DNA of 64,000 nucleotides from a virus (Duplodnaviria; Heunggongvirae; Uroviricota; Caudoviricetes): IMG/VR virus record IMGVR_UViG_3300032334_002267, positions 73,310 to 137,309 of that record; one strand, 5' to 3'. Shown piece by piece: positions 58,213 to 64,000 of this stretch (position 1 is its first letter; each line of letters starts with the position of its first letter). The notes under the pieces were generated by a model. It saw only the letters and a program-made list of their open reading frames with translations, ran no database searches and was not told where the DNA came from. The position numbers and the translations under genes were made by a program.

Positions 58213-59400
58213 TTAAAACCCAAGGTCCATCAAATCGGAAGTGGCACCGTCAGGATCCACTTTGTCTTTAATCTTATTCCAAACATCAGGAATATTGGCT
58301 TTAATTGCTCCATAGATCGTGAACTTATCTGATGTGGAAAGGTTATTAGATATCAGATAGTCTAGTAAATTAGGCTCTGTCAGTGACAGTAACATAGAGA
58401 TTAATTTACCCTTATCTGCATCAGATCCAAGAGCATCAATTTCTTTTAGTTTGGATGCGAGAGTTTTGGTAAACCCTTTATCACCTTTGTCCCAGCCTTC
58501 AGGCCAATTTAATGGATCATTATAATTTCCCAGTTCACCGGGATAAAATCTTCCAACTTTTTCTGGTGCTCCCTCAAGACTTGTGAGTGGATTATCGTTA
58601 CATAAGAAATCACCTTTAACAGTCCCTGGTGCTCCCTTTAGACTTGTGAGCTGATTATGGTTACATTCGAAATCCCCACTCTGGTCGGGATTATCCCCAC
58701 CAACAGTCTGTGGTGCTCCCTCCAGACTTGTGAGCTGATTATGGTTACATTTGAAATTGCCACCAACAGTCTCGGGTGCTCCGTCCAGATTTGTGAGTCC
58801 ACAGCACTCACAATTGAAATCCCCATCAACAGTCTTCGGTGCTCCTTTCAGACTTGTGAGTTTTTTATTGTAGCCACAATTGAAATAAGTAACACTCTGT
58901 GGTGCTCCGTCCAGACTTGTGATCTCATTAAAGCAACAAGCGAACTCCCCACCAACAGTCTGCGGTGCTTCTTTCAGACTTGTGAGTTTATTAGTGTTAC
59001 AGATGAAACTCTTACCAACACTCTCCGGTGCTCCGTCCAGACTTGTGATCTGATTATGGCTACAGAGGAAATTACCTTTAACGGTCACTGGTGCTCCTTT
59101 CAGGCTTGTGATCTGATTATCTTTACAGCGGAAATCCCCACCAACAGTCTCAGGTGCTCCGTCCAGACTTGTGATCTGGTTGCCCTGACAATTGAAATCA
59201 CCACTCACATCTCCGAAACGCAATCCCTTGAAATCCGTTAGTAGCTGTCTCCTGCAATCAAAACTTCCGTCCACGTCAATGAGACCGGTTTGAGAATTTA
59301 AACTCCACCGGTTAGGAGCAACAGAGTTTAGCCATTTGGTCTGCTCTCGACTTAGACCGAACCGATTTTTAAATAGTTGATATGTGAGTAAACGTTTCAT
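58213..59400 (-). CDS. LRR-repeat paralog-family protein, about 13 tandem 22-aa repeats (ends ...SDLMDLGF)
   Basis: LTSL(E/K)GAPxTVGGxFxCxxNQ repeats with a 66-nt DNA period. Confidence 0.65.
   Translation of the reverse strand: MKRLLTYQLFKNRFGLSREQTKWLNSVAPNRWSLNSQTGLIDVDGSFDCRRQLLTDFKGLRFGDVSGDFNCQGNQITSLDGAPETVGGDFRCKDNQITSLKGAPVTVKGNFLCSHNQITSLDGAPESVGKSFICNTNKLTSLKEAPQTVGGEFACCFNEITSLDGAPQSVTYFNCGYNKKLTSLKGAPKTVDGDFNCECCGLTNLDGAPETVGGNFKCNHNQLTSLEGAPQTVGGDNPDQSGDFECNHNQLTSLKGAPGTVKGDFLCNDNPLTSLEGAPEKVGRFYPGELGNYNDPLNWPEGWDKGDKGFTKTLASKLKEIDALGSDADKGKLISMLLSLTEPNLLDYLISNNLSTSDKFTIYGAIKANIPDVWNKIKDKVDPDGATSDLMDLGF
58560..59230 (-). repeat. 66-nt-period coding tandem repeats (LRR units)
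   Basis: Reiterated ...ggtgctcc(g/t)tccagacttgtgag/atc... units. Confidence 0.6.
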
Positions 59401-59500
59401 TGACCTATATATCCCGCTAAATTCTCAGGAGTCCCGCCCACCCACGGCCAATGATACACAGAACACGAGAAACGATAAATCTGGGGTTCTGAGACAGTCT

Positions 59501-60496
59501 TTACATGTTTTTGGATGAGTAGTTCAATTGGGCTATATCGCTCATATTGATCACAATCTCGTTGTTGATGATCCTACCAAAATTTGAGAAGAGCTGCTCT
59601 AGATTGAAGTTTTCTTTGCCTCCCACCATAATGGCTCCTTTATTCATCATGCTGGAGTAGACCTTCTTGGCCACATCTAAAGGCACCTTGCCTTTCACTC
59701 CCTCCATCCTCTTGGGAATCATTCTTAAAAGATAAAGGTCACCTTTGGGGCTAACACCGCCTTTAAAATCAAAGCTCTCTGAGGAGATCTTGCCCTTTTT
59801 CGCTTCATCTAAAAACTTAACCAGCAGCTGTTTGCCAGAGTCAGTCGGACCGGCTTTGATGATGCCTCTGAGAATATTAAGTCTTGCAAATTGATCCTTG
59901 TCATTCATCAGGTAGATTCTTTCATACTCGCCCGGCGTTGTGATTGGAGGGTGGGTGGCGTCATAGGCTCTCACCCCGTTCTCGGAGAAGTAGGCGTCAA
60001 TAGCGTGGGCCATTTCGTGTTTGATAGTGTCCTTTATGCTCTTGTTTCCTGTGGACTTGCCGTTGAAGAAGTTGTAAAGAGCCACATTTATAATATATGG
60101 AGCTTTTGCGGAAAACCAACCCCATGATGCCTGCTTCATCTTAGAGGCATTAGGATCTGGCTTGGTGTGAAGCTTGCAGGTTATTTTAGGCAGGTACTCA
60201 GAGAGCAGTTTCATTCTAACCTTATCCTCCTCCTGCGTGAACTTCTTTATGGTGGCAGGATTGCTGTACCACTTGTTATACTCGTCCTTGATGTCCTCAA
60301 GCAAATCCAAGACTCCAGCTGTGATCCCCTTCATTTTGGTCTTTTGTTCCTCTGGTGACATGTTACTGTATTCCGCCCAGAAGTTTTTATAACCACTGTC
60401 ACCCTGCTTGTCCTGATAGTAGGTGCAAGGTGTCTGATCGACCGAAGAGCCGTTGTCCTCAAAGAGGAAACCCGAAAAATCAAGGAGATGTTTCAT
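59501..60496 (-). CDS. HExxH protein with N-terminal MKHLLDFSGFLFE
   Basis: IKHEMAHAID. Confidence 0.45.
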   Translation of the reverse strand: MKHLLDFSGFLFEDNGSSVDQTPCTYYQDKQGDSGYKNFWAEYSNMSPEEQKTKMKGITAGVLDLLEDIKDEYNKWYSNPATIKKFTQEEDKVRMKLLSEYLPKITCKLHTKPDPNASKMKQASWGWFSAKAPYIINVALYNFFNGKSTGNKSIKDTIKHEMAHAIDAYFSENGVRAYDATHPPITTPGEYERIYLMNDKDQFARLNILRGIIKAGPTDSGKQLLVKFLDEAKKGKISSESFDFKGGVSPKGDLYLLRMIPKRMEGVKGKVPLDVAKKVYSSMMNKGAIMVGGKENFNLEQLFSNFGRIINNEIVINMSDIAQLNYSSKNM

Positions 60497-60511
60497 GCTC
60501 TTATATATTTA

Positions 60512-61069
60512 TTACCCCACGTTAAATATAGTCAAATTTACAGATGGTGATAGGGGTCTTGTTGGATTGGAGGCTGCAGGGGTTGCTAAAAGTTTCATTC
60601 CTGCAGATCCAGACCACCAGTAAAATTTTAGGGTTTGGCCAGCTGTTAACGATATTGTATCTGTTATGGATGCTAGCGTCTGGTCATTTTGGGCTGATGA
60701 TGTGGTGAATGTAAATGCTGAGTTAGGAACAATTACATCGTCTACAGTATACCATACAGTTACATTAAGATTTGAGGATCCACCAGTAAATGAAAGTTGC
60801 ATGTTGGCAATGAAACAATAGGTTCCAGCATTAGTAACCGTTATTGTATTGTTCGCTAGTGAGAAACCATTATTGGCCTGTGTTGAATTGATTGCCACTT
60901 GGTTTGCTGATCCCGTGCCACCGGTAGGCTGTGTGGTGGTATCGAAAAAAGTTCCAGCATAGAGGGTTGTATTCAACTCTAATAGGTAGTTGAAGTTCTC
61001 ATCCATCTCGGCTGTGGTTAGCCTGCTGCCTTTAGCATAAGGACCAAATTCTCTTGTTGTTATTCCCAT
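60512..61069 (-). CDS. putative tail-fibre/receptor-binding-like protein
   Basis: T/S/N-rich beta-strand pattern throughout. Confidence 0.3.
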   Translation of the reverse strand: MGITTREFGPYAKGSRLTTAEMDENFNYLLELNTTLYAGTFFDTTTQPTGGTGSANQVAINSTQANNGFSLANNTITVTNAGTYCFIANMQLSFTGGSSNLNVTVWYTVDDVIVPNSAFTFTTSSAQNDQTLASITDTISLTAGQTLKFYWWSGSAGMKLLATPAASNPTRPLSPSVNLTIFNVG

Positions 61070-61085
61070 TTTATGTTTTTTGTTT

Positions 61086-61307
61086 TTAGTCTACGTAATT
61101 TGCTGCATCTATCATATAATCATATTCCATGTAGTCTTGAGTTAAGCCAGCGCCACCGGCTTGCTCCGCCTCCCTCGTGAACATCATTCGCTCCCTCTCC
61201 TCCTCCTCCCAGAGAAACTGCCTAAACATGCGGTCGGATTCCTCCTTGCTGGCCTTGATGTTGCCAAACCTAGACAAGAATTTGGCCTTTGGAAAATCTA
61301 TGTTCAT
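61086..61307 (-). CDS. hypothetical small protein
   Basis: Preceded by CTGTGATATATAGCTTATG. Confidence 0.35.
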   Translation of the reverse strand: MNIDFPKAKFLSRFGNIKASKEESDRMFRQFLWEEEERERMMFTREAEQAGGAGLTQDYMEYDYMIDAANYVD

Positions 61308-61382
61308 AAGCTATATATCACAGAGCATATGTGGAGTCATTTGGGATCGAATCCCCAGGGAGACCCGCCCACCAGAACCAAT

Positions 61383-61394
61383 GATATATAGAGC
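61383..61394 (+). promoter_or_regulatory. GATATATAGAGC box immediately 5' of the ATG
   Basis: Identical box at 62964-62975; 61303-61314 on the minus strand. Confidence 0.5.
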
Positions 61395-61787
61395 ATGAAA
61401 CACATACAACCCTACCACATAGACGAGGCCAAAGGCCCATGCTGGTCTGGATACAAACAGATTGGCACCAAGATGAAGGGAGGCAGGAGAGTGCCTAGAT
61501 GTGTGCCTGTTAAAGAAACGGAGATGCCAGTCCAAGCTCCTGCAGGATGGACAGAGAGAGACAACTCGCTCTATAAGAGATACGATTTCAAAGACTTCAA
61601 CGTTGCTATGTCATTTATGAACGAAGTCGCAGAGGTGTGCAACCGAATGAATCACCACCCCAAGTGGACCAACATCTTCAAGACCGTCCAGTGCTGGCTC
61701 AGAACCCATGACGCAGGGGATGTGATCACAGAGAGAGACTATAAGCTCGCCCAAGCCATGGATCGGATAGCCTCCAAACACCACTAA
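61395..61787 (+). CDS. pterin-4a-carbinolamine dehydratase (PCD/DCoH-like) with an N-terminal extension
   Basis: NRMNHHPKWTNIFKTVQCWLRTHDAGDVITERDYKLA matches the PCD core; GC about 50%. Confidence 0.7.
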   Translation: MKHIQPYHIDEAKGPCWSGYKQIGTKMKGGRRVPRCVPVKETEMPVQAPAGWTERDNSLYKRYDFKDFNVAMSFMNEVAEVCNRMNHHPKWTNIFKTVQCWLRTHDAGDVITERDYKLAQAMDRIASKHH

Positions 61788-61806
61788 GAGAACCCCCATC
61801 ACATAC

Positions 61807-61831
61807 AGCCTGGAGACCTCCAGGCTTTTTT
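61807..61831 (+). terminator. rho-independent terminator
   Basis: AGCCTGGAG-ACCT-CCAGGCT-T6. Confidence 0.65.
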
Positions 61832-61992
61832 GTGGTCCTAGTCACCTACGCGCCTGGACCAGGTTTCCAAAATGGCACCTGCATCCCTCTGGGGCCTTTT
61901 CGGGCCTTACTCCCCACGAGGGCCCGCCCACCAAATAGCTTATCCCAATATACATACTAGCTATAACCCTAGCCATACCCATCCTCATAGGC

Positions 61993-62403
61993 ATGAAGAT
62001 AGATAAGGCATACATAAAGCACATGAGCACACCATCACATAAAGACAAAGTGGCATTAAAGGCAAACCTACTGCCACACGCACATCACATAGGAGCACCA
62101 CAGATCAAACCCACAGATCTCACACCATTTATCAGAGCAGCCTCACACAAGGTGAACAAAGCCCTACAGAGAAGAGCCCAGGAGATCATCCTTCAGATAG
62201 AGGAGCTGCAGCAGGAGTACGAGCTCAACCAGGAGGTCTACTCGGCCAAGTGCTCCTTTGAGCCCATAGTGGGAGAGTGCTACCATCTGTACCAGAGCGA
62301 GGATGGCTCAAGGTTTATGAGTCTCATCTCACCCTCCCAGTGGAGCAAGCCACACCTGTACTCCGTGATCCTGAATGCGGACTACACCTGGAGCAAGGTC
62401 TAG
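61993..62403 (+). CDS. hypothetical protein (GC-rich island)
   Basis: 136-aa ORF; upstream CCCGCCCACC..CCAAT..ATATA boxes. Confidence 0.45.
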   Translation: MKIDKAYIKHMSTPSHKDKVALKANLLPHAHHIGAPQIKPTDLTPFIRAASHKVNKALQRRAQEIILQIEELQQEYELNQEVYSAKCSFEPIVGECYHLYQSEDGSRFMSLISPSQWSKPHLYSVILNADYTWSKV

Positions 62404-62670
62404 GCCCACCCAGGGTCCACCCTTACCCCCGTCCCCCAAACATAGTATGTTACTAAGGTAGTATGCCACAGGTTCCCCCGGCCAAGACTTAGAGGTCCCG
62501 GGGGATAGCCTCCACAGGTTCGCGTTTTAGAGGCCCTTATGGAAGCCCCTCTGTGGGCATGAGCTTCCACCCAGGGTGAAAATCCCTGATTTCTCGGATT
62601 CCCCGATTCGGGCCACCGCCTCGGTCCGGGCTTCTCCCCCAAGATCCCTCTGGGGTACCAGATCCCACGG

Positions 62671-62720
62671 TTCCCATGAAATCCCACAAATTCCCACAAA
62701 TTTCCAGAAATTCCCCCAGA
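62671..62720. repeat. tandem decamer array TCCCAnAAAT x5
   Basis: tcccatgaaa tcccacaaat tcccacaaat ttccagaaat tcccccagat; flanked by GGATTCCCCGATTCG direct repeats (about 62596 and 62726). Confidence 0.7.
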
Positions 62721-62975
62721 TACCCCGGGATTCCCGATTCGCCCCGATCTGGTCTCGGAACCGTGGGTGGCTTTCGCCCCGTTCAGAGCCTCTTAGATCC
62801 GCCAGCAGTCCCGCCTCGCCTCGCTCTACTCTCTTCTCTATGATCTCTATGCCTATGCTTCTCTTCCTCTCTAGCTATAAGAGACAGAACAGTATGGGTA
62901 TCATCTATTTGGTGGGCGGGTCCTCCTGGGAGATCCACCCCGAAACCTCCCCCTCTGGGATTCGATATATAGAGC

Positions 62976-63095
62976 ATGAAGCCCTTACCCAAGTTGTTGA
63001 TGCTTTTGACCCGCGGTGCCATTGGAGGTGTCATGGGAGTAGTCCTCTATGTGACGCTCAAGCTCATTTGCTTTTTGGTCTGGGTGTTTTTTTAA
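62976..63095 (+). CDS. putative 39-aa membrane peptide (below the ORF-table cutoff)
   Basis: MKPLPKLLMLLTRGAIGGVMGVVLYVTLKLICFLVWVFF; preceded by GATATATAGAGCATG. Confidence 0.3.
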   Translation: MKPLPKLLMLLTRGAIGGVMGVVLYVTLKLICFLVWVFF

Positions 63096-63105
63096 TCGAT
63101 AGCCT

Positions 63106-63645
63106 ATGAGACGCATTAAAACCTTTAGAGAGATCAACGAGTATCACCGTGGTCCAAAGTACCCAGAGGACTATGAGCCAACGAAGGCCCGAGGGCTCGA
63201 GGAGAATGACAAGCTCTTCACCACCCTCGGGATGAACGGGTGGATGGCACTGCTCTTTAAGAATCCCAACGCCAGGGAGCTCTGGATGCTGAATCTAGAG
63301 GACGGAGCGGTGGAAGATCTCATCACGGACTACCTCTACGGTTACGACGGTGAATATGAAGACATAGACCCTGATGCCTGCGAGGACCTGGCCACTGAAA
63401 TCTTTACGGGTCGTCACGACAAGATGGCTAAACCGGAGATGGGAGTAGGCATGGAGGACTGGGACGCCGGATGTAGCCTCATTAAGCTTGATCAGGCCTT
63501 AGGGGAGTTTATCCTAGAGGACCTAATCAGCCCTGCCTATAGGGCTAACCCCAAGATCAGCGCATCTGCGGCTAAGGCCAACAGGATGGAGAAGAAGGTC
63601 ATGGTGGATGCTATCCTCAGGGCCTTCCCCGGGATAGATGTATAG
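63106..63645 (+). CDS. hypothetical acidic protein (MRRIKTFREINE)
   Basis: 179-aa ORF, GC about 50%. Confidence 0.5.
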   Translation: MRRIKTFREINEYHRGPKYPEDYEPTKARGLEENDKLFTTLGMNGWMALLFKNPNARELWMLNLEDGAVEDLITDYLYGYDGEYEDIDPDACEDLATEIFTGRHDKMAKPEMGVGMEDWDAGCSLIKLDQALGEFILEDLISPAYRANPKISASAAKANRMEKKVMVDAILRAFPGIDV

Positions 63646-63708
63646 TATGTTATTAAGATACTCACCCGTGCCCCCGATACAAACGTGCGGACTTGATCTA
63701 TAATAGAT

Positions 63709-63930
63709 ATGAAAAAGACAACATTCCAAGTGCTAAAGAATCTAGGCCTATCTCTAGGGATTAGCGGCGGGATCTTAGCCCTGTTCACTCAGATTGCTAG
63801 TCCCTTCGGATGGCCCCACTTCTGTCGCCCACTGTTTTTCATCATAGCTCTGCTGCTCTTCAGCTTCATCCACGGTTCACGAGGCCAGTGGATCTCTGAA
63901 AAGTTAAAAGAGTTTGGGAAAAAAAAGTGA
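63709..63930 (+). CDS. small membrane protein
   Basis: Two TM helices. Confidence 0.4.
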   Translation: MKKTTFQVLKNLGLSLGISGGILALFTQIASPFGWPHFCRPLFFIIALLLFSFIHGSRGQWISEKLKEFGKKK

Positions 63931-64000
63931 GAAATATTTTTTTATCTGACGGGGATTCATTACCTTTGTGGTGTAACTCCGTAAACTAGAGAACAATGAG

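Noticed and set aside
55947-58225. Regularly spaced near-identical 25-nt units (ctatatatcgcattaaaacccaagg) that could look like CRISPR repeats
   Set aside because: The spacing equals gene lengths (0.9-1.3 kb). The units are the 3' coding ends (..DLGF-stop) plus the promoter box of tandem paralogs. No short uniform spacers exist.
61366-61394. GC-box + CCAAT + TATA arrangement resembling a eukaryotic Pol II core promoter
   Set aside because: The surrounding genes (sigma factor, SmpB, ClpP, SD-less bacterial starts, T9SS signal) show this is a bacteriophage. The boxes are more likely phage promoter or operator elements, and the resemblance is coincidental.
62400-63109. ORFs 62400-62699(-), 62576-63109(+) and 62783-63034(-) in the GC-rich segment
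   Set aside because: Their R/P/S/G-rich translations are typical of random frames in GC-rich DNA. There are no start-context boxes. They overlap the repeat arrays and the better-supported 62976-63095 peptide.

Overview
The window is AT-rich (about one third GC by eye), densely coded, and has almost no Shine-Dalgarno motifs. It reads as part of a large virulent bacteriophage genome whose host is probably a Bacteroidetes/Flavobacteriia-type bacterium. Host evidence: A-rich spacers before start codons, Bacteroidetes-style lipoprotein signals, and one ORF ending in a T9SS-type C-terminal sorting domain.

Recognisable genes, all called from motifs read by eye:
- T4-like nucleic-acid enzymes: Rnl1-type RNA ligase, a second KxDG ligase, a P-loop polynucleotide-kinase-like protein, a metallophosphoesterase, a Dda-like helicase and a DEDDh exonuclease.
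- An ECF-type sigma factor.
- A MoxR AAA+ ATPase with a metallopeptidase-like partner and a VWA partner.
- ClpP, SmpB and an M28 peptidase.
- GalE, GMP reductase, a 5'(3')-deoxyribonucleotidase and an Fpg/Nei glycosylase.
- TerC, an SPFH protein, a lipoprotein tyrosinase and a pterin-4a-carbinolamine dehydratase.
- An HNH homing endonuclease with NUMOD3 repeats.
- Two lytic-transglycosylase-like proteins and a CHAP peptidase.

Standout observations:
1. At least 27 otherwise unrelated ORFs share an N-terminal 'MKxIxxFxxF...(I/L/F)xE' motif. It looks like a capsid-targeting or prohead-protease propeptide.
2. A tandem minus-strand paralog family runs through 42.9-59.4 kb. Members have 22-residue LRR-type repeats and a conserved C-terminal module ending in DLGF.
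3. A 'GATATATAG' box recurs a few nucleotides upstream of many start codons and is a candidate phage late promoter.
4. Five tRNA-like genes are unusually long (93-115 nt) yet share the same acceptor stem.
5. The last 2.7 kb is GC-rich, with GC-box/CCAAT/TATATA repeats and a roughly 550-nt apparently non-coding segment carrying a tandem decamer array.

I found no integrase, no CRISPR array and no rRNA.
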